NCBI GenBank assembly: GCA_045642065.1
Contig: JAZUID010000013.1
Span: forward strand, 292 to 64,291
From: Acutalibacteraceae bacterium
GTDB lineage: Bacteria > Bacillota > Clostridia > Oscillospirales > Acutalibacteraceae
Direction of reading: 5' to 3'
DNA: 64,000 nt
The stretch's first letter is position 1, and each line of letters opens with the position of its first letter. This document shows positions 18,005-27,555 of this stretch, one piece after another. The position numbers and the translations under genes were made by a program. A model generated the notes under the pieces. That model saw only the letters and a program-made list of their open reading frames with translations. It made no database searches and was not told the DNA's origin.

Positions 18005-18081
18005 TGGCGCGCTGAAGAAGATTCGAACTCCCGACCTTCTGGTCCGTAGCCAGACGCTCTATCCAGCTGAGCTATCAGCGC
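18005..18081 (-). tRNA. tRNA-Arg (anticodon ACG), CCA encoded
   Basis: The reverse complement is GCGCTGATAGCTCAGCTGGATAGAGCGTCTGGCTACGGACCAGAAGGTCGGGAGTTCGAATCTTCTTCAGCGCGCCA. Confidence 0.9.
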
Positions 18082-18234
18082 ATTTTTCGTGCCAAAATAT
18101 AATAACACAAAATAATAATAAAATCAATACCCAATTTAAAAATTTTTTTAAAACGCAAAAACACAGGGCATAAGATAAAACTTATACCCTGTGTTAAAAT
18201 GCCCCTAAGCGAAAAGGTCGGGGGCGGCAATATA

Positions 18235-18930
18235 TTATTCTGCAATTCCCAATATAGAATAAGGCGAAACACATTCGTCATTCTTGTAGGTTTCTATATG
18301 AATGTGACTTTGGTCGGCAGATTCGTTCGGAACAACACTTACATTTCCTATTAAGGTGTTTTCGCTGATAACGTCACCGCTTTTAACCGCAATATCCTTT
18401 AATCCGCAATATTTAATAACAATATCGTTGCCGTGGTCTATTATTACGGTACCGCCTAAGGTCGCGCTGTCAATAACATCTGTAACGGTGCCGACGCCGC
18501 AGGCAAACACTTCTGCACCTTCTTCAGCGGCTATATCAATGCCGGTATGAATTCTTAAATCGCCGAATGTTGCCGAGTATTGAAGCTCTTTATCGTTATA
18601 AGCTTTTGTGATATTGCCGTTTATCGGAATGGTAAAATATTCGGCGGCAGGTTGCGGGGCGGCGGAGCTTTCTTCACTCGAATATGTTTCGTTTTTTACA
18701 TTTTTGCCGACGGATTTTTCTTCACTTACGGTCTTTTCACTATTAGTATATGACGAGGCAGAGGAAGAATATTCTTTAATGTTGTTTTCCTTTTTGCCGA
18801 CATCTGCCGATCTGTATCTTGAAACGGCAAACCAAGAGGCCGCGCCAATCGCTATAATGCAAATTGCAACGGTTGTATAAAAACCGCGACTGCCAATAAA
18901 CTTTTGAAACTTTGTTTCGGTATATCTCAT
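18235..18930 (-). CDS. Membrane-anchored M23 (LytM) family metallopeptidase
   Basis: N-terminal TM segment (FYTTVAICIIAIGAASWFAV), HTGIDIAA, and the HIHIE metal-binding motif. A hairpin terminator lies downstream at about 18154..18195. Confidence 0.8.
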   Translation of the reverse strand: MRYTETKFQKFIGSRGFYTTVAICIIAIGAASWFAVSRYRSADVGKKENNIKEYSSSASSYTNSEKTVSEEKSVGKNVKNETYSSEESSAAPQPAAEYFTIPINGNITKAYNDKELQYSATFGDLRIHTGIDIAAEEGAEVFACGVGTVTDVIDSATLGGTVIIDHGNDIVIKYCGLKDIAVKSGDVISENTLIGNVSVVPNESADQSHIHIETYKNDECVSPYSILGIAE

Positions 18931-19284
18931 TATTAAATGCTTCCTTTCTGTTTTTAGTATTATTGCCTTCTGTAAAGCAAAAAATACAAAAAGTTCAAAA
19001 AATATTCATAAAAAGAAAACAGTTTAATAAAATTTACCCGTTATTATATATAATGTACATTAAAGGAAAACCGCAAGCCTTTTAATGTATGTTTTCGTAT
19101 GAACGGAAACCTCTCCTTAAACCCCTAAAACAAAAAAGTTCCTTAAAAACATTCGTTGTTTTAAGGGGCTTTTTTGTTTTTGTTAAAACTTAACCTTTTT
19201 GCTTGATTTTTAAAGCGTCTTGTGTTATTATGTTATGGCAATAATAGGTGCACTATCTCTATTTATATTAAGGTGGAGTTTTAT

Positions 19285-21288
19285 ATGGAAAAAGCCGCGG
19301 CAGGTATAACGGTCTTTAATCCGAATATTGACAGGCTTAAGCAAAACATAGAAAGCATTTACCCACAGGTAGAAAAGGTTTATATTATTGACAATCATTC
19401 GGACAATATTGACTTTATTCGCCCGTTAGCGCAAATAAGCGATAACATAGTGCTTGTTGAAAACTGTGAAAACTACGGCATAGCAACAGCGCTTAACCAA
19501 ATGTGCAAGCTGGCTCTCAGAGATGGGTTTGAGTGGATATTAACCCTCGACCAAGATTCTATTGCCGAGCCCGAGTTAATTGAAAAGTATTCGGAAGTAA
19601 CCGACAGAACGGATGTTGCTATTGTAACGCCATATATTGATGATGAAAATGAAGCGGATATTGTAAAGTCGTCAATCGAAAACCGGTACGAAGCGGTACA
19701 CAGGTGCTACACTTCGGCAAGCTTTATGCGTCTTTCGGTTTGGTACGAGGTCGGCGGTTTTGATGAACGCATGTTTATTGACTGCGTTGATTTTGATTAT
19801 TGCACAACCGTTGAAGAGCACGGGTATATTATTTTAAGAGATAATCTCGCCAAGATAAAGCATATGTTAGGTGTTGCAAAGGAAGTTCGCTTCTTTATGC
19901 CTATCGGTCGCTTTTTCGGAATTAAAAAATTAAAAAAACCGTTTTATACATATAATCATTCTCCGCTTCGCACATATTATTATGCGCGCAACATAAGGTA
20001 TTATATGTTTAAGCACAAAGACTTTATAAATATGTTTACCGAAAGACGTGTTTATTTGCAATGGCTTGTTTTAAAAATCGGTTTTGAAGAAGACAAAATT
20101 GCAAAAATCAAGGCAATATTAAAAGCAAAAAAAGATGCAAAAATACTTATTAAAGAATTCAAAAACTCAAAAGGGGAGTCCGAGTTAATGAGAGAACATA
20201 AAAACGTAAGTGAGCGCGTAAGCAGGTTTAAATTAAGCGGTACCGTAACATATTGTGAGCCTTACGGTAACGGTCACATCAACGACACTTATTTAGTTGT
20301 TATGGATAAGGGCGAAGGTGTTACAAAACGCTACATTTTACAAGCTCTTAACAAAACCGTTTTTCCGCATCCTGAAGAGGTAATTGAAAATATTGAAAGA
20401 GTAACTTCTTTCTTAAAATCAAAAACCGACGGTACAAACGGTGTTTTAAGGTTGGTTACCGCGCGTGACGGCGGAAATTTTGTTATTGACGATGAAGGCG
20501 AATATTGGAGAATGTATAACTTCATCGAAAATTCCATTTGTATTGACATTCCCGAAACACCGGCAGATTTTTATGAATCCGGCTTTGGCTTCGGTAATTT
20601 CCAAAGCAAGCTTTGCGATTTTCCGGCAGAGGTTTTGCACGAAACCATTCGTGATTTCCACAACACACCAAAGCGTTATAACGACTTCCTTAATGCCGTT
20701 AACGAAAATGCTTCGGGCAGAGCAAATACCGCCCAAAAGGAAATCGAATTTGTTAAGGCAAGGGCCGATTTCTATCCGATACTGATGGATGCCTGCAAAG
20801 AAGGAAAGCTTCCTTTAAGAGTTACACATAATGATACAAAGCTTAATAACGTTTTGTTGGATGAAAAAACAAGAAAAGCTCTTTGCGTAATCGACCTTGA
20901 TACTATCATGCCGGGCTTCTCGGTAACCGATTTCGGCGACTCTATTCGCTTTGGCGCTTCTACTGCCGCCGAAGATGAAAAGGATTTGGATAAGGTTAGT
21001 TTAAGCATGGAAATGTTTAAAGCTTATACCGACGGCTTCTTAAAAGGTTGCGACGGCCGTCTTACCGACCAAGAAATTATGCTTTTACCCGAAGGCGCTA
21101 AAATGATGACGGTTGAATGCGGTATGCGATTCTTAGCTGACTATATAGCAGGCGATACATATTTCAGAACGGCTTACAAAGAGCACAATTTAGTCAGATG
21201 TCGCACACAGTTTAAGCTGGTAGAAGAAATGGAAGCCCATTGGGATGAAATGAAAGCTATCGTTAAAGAATATTGCAAGGAGAAATAA
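19285..21288 (+). CDS. Fusion protein: GT2 (rhamnosyltransferase-like) glycosyltransferase + APH-fold anomeric sugar kinase-like domain
   Basis: The N-domain has VFNPN...YIIDNHSDN...LTLDQDS (GT2 DxD region). From about aa 310 come YGNGHINDTYLV, HNDTKLNNVLLD (HxDxxxxN catalytic loop) and VIDLDT, as in N-acetylhexosamine-1-kinase/MTR-kinase-type phosphotransferases. The frame is continuous. The ATG at 19285 has an AAGGTGGAG RBS. Confidence 0.65.
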   Translation: MEKAAAGITVFNPNIDRLKQNIESIYPQVEKVYIIDNHSDNIDFIRPLAQISDNIVLVENCENYGIATALNQMCKLALRDGFEWILTLDQDSIAEPELIEKYSEVTDRTDVAIVTPYIDDENEADIVKSSIENRYEAVHRCYTSASFMRLSVWYEVGGFDERMFIDCVDFDYCTTVEEHGYIILRDNLAKIKHMLGVAKEVRFFMPIGRFFGIKKLKKPFYTYNHSPLRTYYYARNIRYYMFKHKDFINMFTERRVYLQWLVLKIGFEEDKIAKIKAILKAKKDAKILIKEFKNSKGESELMREHKNVSERVSRFKLSGTVTYCEPYGNGHINDTYLVVMDKGEGVTKRYILQALNKTVFPHPEEVIENIERVTSFLKSKTDGTNGVLRLVTARDGGNFVIDDEGEYWRMYNFIENSICIDIPETPADFYESGFGFGNFQSKLCDFPAEVLHETIRDFHNTPKRYNDFLNAVNENASGRANTAQKEIEFVKARADFYPILMDACKEGKLPLRVTHNDTKLNNVLLDEKTRKALCVIDLDTIMPGFSVTDFGDSIRFGASTAAEDEKDLDKVSLSMEMFKAYTDGFLKGCDGRLTDQEIMLLPEGAKMMTVECGMRFLADYIAGDTYFRTAYKEHNLVRCRTQFKLVEEMEAHWDEMKAIVKEYCKEK

Positions 21289-21290
21289 TT

Positions 21291-22439
21291 ATGTTAAACA
21301 CTTTTGATATTTGTGATTTCGGCGCAAAGGCCGACGGCAAAACCGACTGTACCGCAGCTATACAAGCAGCGTTAGATGCTGCCGCAAAGGTTGGCGGTAA
21401 GGTAATTGTTCCTCCCGGTGAATTTTTATGCGGTTATGTAAAAATGGGCAGAAATGTTACATTAGAGGGTACATACGCTTGGGAATTCAGAAATTTCGGC
21501 GGTTCAATTTTAAAGCTTAACGACAGAAAAGCAAAGTGCCTTGTTGATATGACCGGTGCTTTCGGCGCCGCTATTGTCGGTATGAATATTAAGGGCTGTA
21601 TGCCTGATGTTAAATCGGGCGGTGTTGCAAATGCCGGTGAATCAGAACTTAAAGACGGCGAATGCACACACGGCGTTATGGTTGACTGGCGCGACGGTTG
21701 GAGCCACCGTAAAGAATACGGCGGTGCGGAAGATACCCTTTCAATAGTTGACTGCCGTATCGGTAATTTCAGCGGTGACGCCGTTCACTGGCAAAACATC
21801 TGGTGTGTTTCTATCCGCCATACAATGCTTTGCTATTCAAGAAACGGACTTTATATGAACGGCTGCGACGGATTTTTTGTTGACAACTGGTTTAGTGTAA
21901 ACCGCGAAGCCGGCGTTTACGGTGACGGCTTTATGTCGGGTACATTCAGCGACAACCGTTTTGAATGTAATTTAGGACATGGCGTTTATTACAAAAATAC
22001 CGGCGCAATGCAGTTTACAAACAACTACTTTGACGCAAACCATTTAGCAGGCTTCTATTCGGCAGAAGAAGGCGAAGACTACCGCGGTAACATTATTCTT
22101 AACAGCAATATTTTCTACCGTTCGGGCTGTGAAGAAGAAAGAGAAATTCCGGACGAATTTAATACACATATCAATCTTTCAAGGGCTGTTAATGTTTCGA
22201 TTGTCGGCAACGACTTCTTCGGCGACTATGCCGCTTGCAAGGGACCTAAATTCGGTATGATAGTCGGCAAGCTTCGTTCTTGCGTAATTAAGGATAACGT
22301 TATGAAAAATGCCGGTTACGAAAAGAATTTTGTTGACCTTGGCGGTCATAAGGAAGATGTTATTATTAAGGATAACGCCGGCATCGACCACGCTATGCCT
22401 ACTGATAACAAGAAATTCTGGCCGAGATTTGATGATTGA
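21291..22439 (+). CDS. Right-handed beta-helix (pectate-lyase-superfamily) protein, no signal peptide
   Basis: FGAKADGKTDCTAAIQAALDAAAKVGGKVIVPPGEF is the typical N-terminal cap of this superfamily. Periodic G/N-rich coils follow. An AAGGAG RBS is present. The start lies 3 nt after the preceding stop. Confidence 0.6.
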   Translation: MLNTFDICDFGAKADGKTDCTAAIQAALDAAAKVGGKVIVPPGEFLCGYVKMGRNVTLEGTYAWEFRNFGGSILKLNDRKAKCLVDMTGAFGAAIVGMNIKGCMPDVKSGGVANAGESELKDGECTHGVMVDWRDGWSHRKEYGGAEDTLSIVDCRIGNFSGDAVHWQNIWCVSIRHTMLCYSRNGLYMNGCDGFFVDNWFSVNREAGVYGDGFMSGTFSDNRFECNLGHGVYYKNTGAMQFTNNYFDANHLAGFYSAEEGEDYRGNIILNSNIFYRSGCEEEREIPDEFNTHINLSRAVNVSIVGNDFFGDYAACKGPKFGMIVGKLRSCVIKDNVMKNAGYEKNFVDLGGHKEDVIIKDNAGIDHAMPTDNKKFWPRFDD

Positions 22440-22571
22440 TTTATAATCAAAAAAATAAATTTTTGTTGACAATGTGGGTATATACCAGTATAATCAATAA
22501 TTGATAGTTTGAGTATAAGGGCAAAAATACCCACTCAAAAAGACTCGAAACCAAGAAGGAGGTTTAAAATC

Positions 22572-22706
22572 ATGAAAAGAACTTATCAACCAAAGAAGCT
22601 TCATCGTAAAAAAGAGCACGGCTTTTTAAAGAGAATGGCTACTGCTAACGGCCGCAAAGTACTCGCACGTCGTAGAGCAAAAGGCAGAAAGCAATTAACA
22701 TACTAA
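22572..22706 (+). CDS. rpmH: 50S ribosomal protein L34
   Basis: [51 protein letters not shown]-17-TATAAT promoter lies upstream and a hairpin terminator downstream. Confidence 0.95.
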   Translation: MKRTYQPKKLHRKKEHGFLKRMATANGRKVLARRRAKGRKQLTY

Positions 22707-22748
22707 AGCCACAAACTTTGTGGCTTTCCTTTTTTTAAGGCTTTAAAA

Positions 22749-23093
22749 ATGGAAAAGATTATTAAGTTAAAGGAACGACGCGATTATAACCGCCTATACA
22801 AAATAGGAAAGACATTTGTTGACCCTTGCTTTGTACTTTATAAAGCAAAGGGAAGAACAGCGGGAATAAGACTTGGCATTACTACGGGTAAAAAGCTCGG
22901 AATCGCCGTTATGCGAAACCGTGCACGCAGGGTTATTACCGCGGCGTTTAGGGAATGTTTACCGCACATTAAAAGCGGGACCGACATTGTAATAGTTGCA
23001 AGGACCAGAATTTTAAAATTAAAAAGCACGGAAGTTGCCGTTTTACTCGAGAAGCAACTGAAAAATGCCGACTTGTGGAAAGAAAATGCGTAA
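22749..23093 (+). CDS. rnpA: Ribonuclease P protein component
   Basis: Small basic protein in the conserved position after rpmH, with the RNRARRVI motif region. Confidence 0.9.
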   Translation: MEKIIKLKERRDYNRLYKIGKTFVDPCFVLYKAKGRTAGIRLGITTGKKLGIAVMRNRARRVITAAFRECLPHIKSGTDIVIVARTRILKLKSTEVAVLLEKQLKNADLWKENA

Positions 23094-23316
23094 AGTTTTA
23101 ATTTCACTTATTAAATTTTACAGGCGCAACATTTCGCCTGCAAAAATATCTTGCTGTCGGTTTACTCCGACATGCTCTGCCTATGCTATTGAAGCAATAG
23201 AGAAACACGGAAGTTTTAAGGGGTGCGCCCTTGCGTTGTGGCGCTTAATAAGATGCAATCCTTTTTGCAAAGGTGGTTTTGACCCCGTACCACCGCCAAA
23301 ACAAACTAAAAAATAA
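23086..23316 (+). CDS. yidD: Membrane protein insertion efficiency factor YidD
   Basis: [11 protein letters not shown]...[19 protein letters not shown] is the YidD signature. The start overlaps the rnpA stop. Confidence 0.9.
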   Translation: MRKVLISLIKFYRRNISPAKISCCRFTPTCSAYAIEAIEKHGSFKGCALALWRLIRCNPFCKGGFDPVPPPKQTKK

Positions 23317-23349
23317 CCACCGCCTTCGGGCGTGAATGGACGGTGTATA

Positions 23350-24279
23350 ATGGATAAACTTTTTTATATAATCAATAAACCTTTAAGTATTTTGCTTAAA
23401 TGGCTTATGGGACTTTTCGGCGGTAATTTTGCAATAGCTGTATTTTTGTTTACACTCGTTGCAAACTTAGTGCTTATTCCGTTAAGCATTAAAAGCCAAA
23501 AATCAACCATACAACAAACCCGCATTAAGCCGAAATTAGATGAGCTTAAAAAGCGCTATGGCGATGATAAGCAAAAGTACAATCAGGCAATGCAACAGCT
23601 TTATTCTGAAGAGGGCGTTTCAATGTCCGGCGGTTGCTTGCCGATGATTTTGCGCCTTATCTTTATGATGAGTATTTTCTATCTTTTAACAAGACCGCTT
23701 ACTTATCTTGTAAACGGCGCAACTGCTGATGTAATTTCCAATATGATTAAGACCTTTGACCTTAAAAAAGGCGCAAGCGAATTGCAGGTTATTAAGGAAC
23801 TTATTAAAGCACCAAAAGCTTTTCCGGAAATTACAAATCAGTTAAAGCACATAGACTTTACATTATTCGGTCTTGACCTTACCGCAACTCCGAAATTCTC
23901 TTTTGACATTTTCCATGATGCCCAAGCACTTTGGTTAATGCCTATTATAGCCTTTTTGGCGCAGCTTTTAACAAGTGCGCTTACTCTTGTTGTAAACAAA
24001 AAGACCAATCCTGACGCTCCGAGCATGGCGGGTATGATGCTTACAATGCCGCTTTTGTCGTTGTTTATCGGTTTCGGTTTGCCGGGTGGCGTTACTTTCT
24101 ATTGGATTTGCTCATCCATTATCGGCGGTGCAATTCAACTTATTATTCAAACACTTTACGGCCCGCACAGAATGCTTTCTCGCGAGCGTATTAAAGAGCT
24201 TTCAAAGCAATGTGACTTTGAAAACAAAAAGCATAAAGTCAGCGACGAAGCCGTTTTGAACGGCAACGCCGAAAAGTAA
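23350..24279 (+). CDS. yidC: Membrane protein insertase YidC/SpoIIIJ family
   Basis: Conserved position, multi-TM, and the GCLPMILRLIFMMSIFY and LPGGVTFYW motif regions. The start is uncertain (ATG 23350 or GTG 23332). Confidence 0.85.
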   Translation: MDKLFYIINKPLSILLKWLMGLFGGNFAIAVFLFTLVANLVLIPLSIKSQKSTIQQTRIKPKLDELKKRYGDDKQKYNQAMQQLYSEEGVSMSGGCLPMILRLIFMMSIFYLLTRPLTYLVNGATADVISNMIKTFDLKKGASELQVIKELIKAPKAFPEITNQLKHIDFTLFGLDLTATPKFSFDIFHDAQALWLMPIIAFLAQLLTSALTLVVNKKTNPDAPSMAGMMLTMPLLSLFIGFGLPGGVTFYWICSSIIGGAIQLIIQTLYGPHRMLSRERIKELSKQCDFENKKHKVSDEAVLNGNAEK

Positions 24280-24295
24280 TTTGGAGGGAATTTTC

Positions 24296-25213
24296 TTGAT
24301 TAAGGAAGCACACGGCTTCGGCACTACAATAGACGAAGCAAGGGAAGACGCTATACTTAAACTTGCAGCACCGGAAAGCGCTGACGTTCAGTTTGAAGTA
24401 ATAGCTACACCTAAGAAAAAAGCACTTGGCCTTTTCGGTGGCAACAAAGCCGAAGTTAAGGCTTATATAGAATTACCGGATGAAAAGCCGGCAAAAAAAG
24501 CAAATAAGGCTTTAACAACAGAAAAACCTGCTAAACAGCCAAAGGCTAAAAAGGAAAACGATTTAAGCTTTGCAGAACCGGTTGATTTCAGCGAAATTGA
24601 CCCTTCTTCAAAGGCAGCAACAGCCGTTAAGTATATCCGCACAGTATTGGATTCTTTACATTGCGGTGAGGTTGAAATTAAGGTTGCAGAAAAAGATAAT
24701 GCCGCTTTGATTTTACTAAACGGCGAAGATGTCGGTGTTGTTATAGGACGCAGGGGCGAAACACTTGACGCTTTGCAATATCTTGCCGGTCTTGCCGCTA
24801 ACAATGGCGGTGGATATTATAAAATCACGCTCAACATCGGCAACTATCGTGAAAAGCGTGAAGAAACCTTAAAATCCTTGGCATCGCGTGTGTCTGCACA
24901 GGTTTTAAAGACAGGGAAATGTCGCGCTCTTGAACCCATGAACCCTTATGAAAGAAGAATTATTCACACCGCCGTTCAAGATATTGAAGGCGTATATTCG
25001 GGCTCGTTCGGTGAAGGTGAAAACCGTCGCGTTGTAATCGGTGTTGAAGGCACCGAGCTTTATATGCCGCGTCACAGCTCTTCACGCGAGCGCGGTAACG
25101 AAAGACGTCACGGTGGCAGAAGCGACCGTCATTCGATGTCTTCGGTTGTTTCCGACCCTGCAAGAGAGCCGAAGAAGGATACTGAAATTCCGCTTTACGG
25201 AAAAATTAACTAA
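24296..25213 (+). CDS. jag: Jag/KhpB RNA-binding protein (Jag_N + KH + R3H)
   Basis: R3H motif NPYERRIIHTAV, and the conserved position after yidC. The likely TTG start at 24296 has a GGAGGG RBS; the ORF track starts at 24281. Confidence 0.85.
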   Translation: MIKEAHGFGTTIDEAREDAILKLAAPESADVQFEVIATPKKKALGLFGGNKAEVKAYIELPDEKPAKKANKALTTEKPAKQPKAKKENDLSFAEPVDFSEIDPSSKAATAVKYIRTVLDSLHCGEVEIKVAEKDNAALILLNGEDVGVVIGRRGETLDALQYLAGLAANNGGGYYKITLNIGNYREKREETLKSLASRVSAQVLKTGKCRALEPMNPYERRIIHTAVQDIEGVYSGSFGEGENRRVVIGVEGTELYMPRHSSSRERGNERRHGGRSDRHSMSSVVSDPAREPKKDTEIPLYGKIN

Positions 25214-25424
25214 AAATTTTTAACGGCAGAATGTACCTGTTCTGCCGTTTTTTGTCGCTTTTTTTGGTTTTTTGTACCTTAAAAAAAGGAAATAAAAATT
25301 GACAAACAGAACAAAAATAATTATAATAAGTATGTATGTGAAAGTTTATTTTTAAATTTTCGGGACATACTTTTTTTAGGTCCGTTCAAATGGAACTTTT
25401 ACCTTTTAATGGGGTGTTATTATT

Positions 25425-26711
25425 TTGGAGAAGTTTGTAATCGCCGGCGGTACTCCGCTTAAAGGCGAAGTGCGTATAAGCGGTGCTAAAAATGCGGCGG
25501 TTGCAATATTGCCGGCAGTACTGCTTGCGGACGAGCCGTGCGTTATAGAAAATCTGCCTAATATTTCGGACGTTAACGCTATTTTGCATGTTATGCAAGC
25601 GTTGGGCGCAGATATTAAGATGATAAATAAATCTACCGTTGAAATCGACCCGAGACACGCGAATTCTTACATTGTTACCAAAGAAATGGCTGAGGGTATG
25701 CGTGCTTCAAGTTACTTTATGGGTACCTTACTCGGCCGTCACGGCAAGGCAAAAGTTGCCCCTCCGGGCGGTTGTGATTTCGGCGTCAGACCAATAGACC
25801 AGCACATTAAAGGGTTTGAAGCCTTGGGCGCTACCGTTACCATAGAAAACGGCATGGTGGACGCTAAGAGTGAGTCTTTAACCGGTTGCTCGGTTTATTT
25901 AGATGTTGTGTCTGTCGGTGCCACAATAAACATTATGCTTGCCGCCGTGAAGGTTAAGGGCTTAACTGTTATTGAAAACGCCGCAAGGGAACCGCACATT
26001 GTTGACCTTGCCAACTTCCTTAACAGCATGGGTGCCAATATTATGGGCGCCGGTACCGGTGTTATTAAAATTCGCGGTGTTGAGCATTTAAGCGGTACGA
26101 CTTACAGCATTATTCCCGACCAAATTGAAGCAGGAACTTATATGGTTGCCGCTGCCGCCACTATGGGTGACGTGCTTATTGATAATGTTACACCAAAGCA
26201 CTTGGAATCTATTATTGCAAAGCTTAAAGAAGTCGGCGCAACCGTTACAGAGTACGATGAATCGGTGCGCGTCACAATGACCAAAAGGCCTAAAAAGTGC
26301 AATGTTAAAACTATGCCTCACCCCGGTTTCCCGACAGATATGCAACCGCAAATTGCCACTTTGTTAGCTATTGCGGACGGCACAAGCATTGTAACTGAAG
26401 GTGTTTGGGATAACAGGTTCAGATATGTTGAGCAATTAACCCTTATGGGTGCAGATATTCAGGTTGACGGCAAAATGGCGGTTATTACGGGTGTTAAAGA
26501 GTTAAATCCGGCTCCGCTTAAAGCAGTTGACCTTCGTGCAGGCGCCGCTATGATTATTGCGGGGCTTATGACAAACGGCGTAACCGAAGTTGATGAAATT
26601 GACCACATTGACCGTGGTTATGAAGACGTTGTTAAAAAGCTTACAGCATTAGGCGCCGATATTAAGCGCGTTCCGGTCGAGGCAGGCGCAGTTAAGTTAA
26701 AACAAGCGTAA
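25425..26711 (+). CDS. murA: UDP-N-acetylglucosamine 1-carboxyvinyltransferase
   Basis: GAKNAAV, the active-site region PPGGCDFGVRPIDQH, and full-length collinearity with MurA. TTG start. A TTGACA-17-TATAAT promoter lies at about 25300. Confidence 0.9.
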   Translation: MEKFVIAGGTPLKGEVRISGAKNAAVAILPAVLLADEPCVIENLPNISDVNAILHVMQALGADIKMINKSTVEIDPRHANSYIVTKEMAEGMRASSYFMGTLLGRHGKAKVAPPGGCDFGVRPIDQHIKGFEALGATVTIENGMVDAKSESLTGCSVYLDVVSVGATINIMLAAVKVKGLTVIENAAREPHIVDLANFLNSMGANIMGAGTGVIKIRGVEHLSGTTYSIIPDQIEAGTYMVAAAATMGDVLIDNVTPKHLESIIAKLKEVGATVTEYDESVRVTMTKRPKKCNVKTMPHPGFPTDMQPQIATLLAIADGTSIVTEGVWDNRFRYVEQLTLMGADIQVDGKMAVITGVKELNPAPLKAVDLRAGAAMIIAGLMTNGVTEVDEIDHIDRGYEDVVKKLTALGADIKRVPVEAGAVKLKQA

Positions 26712-26763
26712 ATAAAAATTTAAAGGCTTCGTTAAGAAGCCTTTTTTGATAGGATGTGAAAAA

Positions 26764-27555
26764 ATGGCAACAGTTTGTCCGCTTTTCAGCGGTTCTACGG
26801 GAAACAGTACATATATCGCGGCACAAAACGGTGCCATTTTAGTTGATGCAGGGGTTTCACTTAAAGCCATAACCTCGGCAGTTGATAATATGGGCGGAAG
26901 CATTGAAAAAATCGCCGCCGTCGCTGTAACCCACACTCACGGCGACCACATTTGCGGTATAAAGGCTGTGCTTAATAAAACAAAAGCGCCGATTGTCGCT
27001 TCAAAGCTAACGATTGAATATTTAGCAAGCCATGATAAAATACCGAGCCATACCGAGATTATTGAGATAGACAGTAAAAGCCCTGTTGAAATTGCGGGCT
27101 TCGGCCTTTCTTTTTTTGATACTCCGCATGACTGTGAAGGCTCGGGCGGATATTCCGTCTTTTTGCCTGACGGGAAAAAGATGACGGTTTGTACCGATTT
27201 AGGGGTTGTTACCGAAGACATCAGAAAAAGCTTAATGGGCAGTAACTGCGTATTGCTCGAATCAAATCACGATATTACCATGCTTAAAAACGGACCCTAC
27301 CCACCGCAATTAAAGGTCCGCATTTTGTCGGACCAAGGGCACATATCCAATTTAGCTTGTGCCGCCGAACTGCAAAATCTTTTAAAAAGCGGTACAACAA
27401 GGTTTGTTTTAGGGCATTTAAGTCAGCAAAATAATATGCCGATGCTGGCAAAAAGCACAAGTGAAAACGCACTTGCCGATATGGGCGCTAAAAACGGCGA
27501 AGATTATATTTTACGCGTTGCCGCACCCACAGGAAACGGGGTAACGGTATTTTGA
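26764..27555 (+). CDS. MBL-fold metallo-hydrolase (YycJ-like)
   Basis: HTHGDH (HxHxDH) motif. The ATG at 26764 gives MATVCPLFSGSTGNS. Confidence 0.8.
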   Translation: MATVCPLFSGSTGNSTYIAAQNGAILVDAGVSLKAITSAVDNMGGSIEKIAAVAVTHTHGDHICGIKAVLNKTKAPIVASKLTIEYLASHDKIPSHTEIIEIDSKSPVEIAGFGLSFFDTPHDCEGSGGYSVFLPDGKKMTVCTDLGVVTEDIRKSLMGSNCVLLESNHDITMLKNGPYPPQLKVRILSDQGHISNLACAAELQNLLKSGTTRFVLGHLSQQNNMPMLAKSTSENALADMGAKNGEDYILRVAAPTGNGVTVF

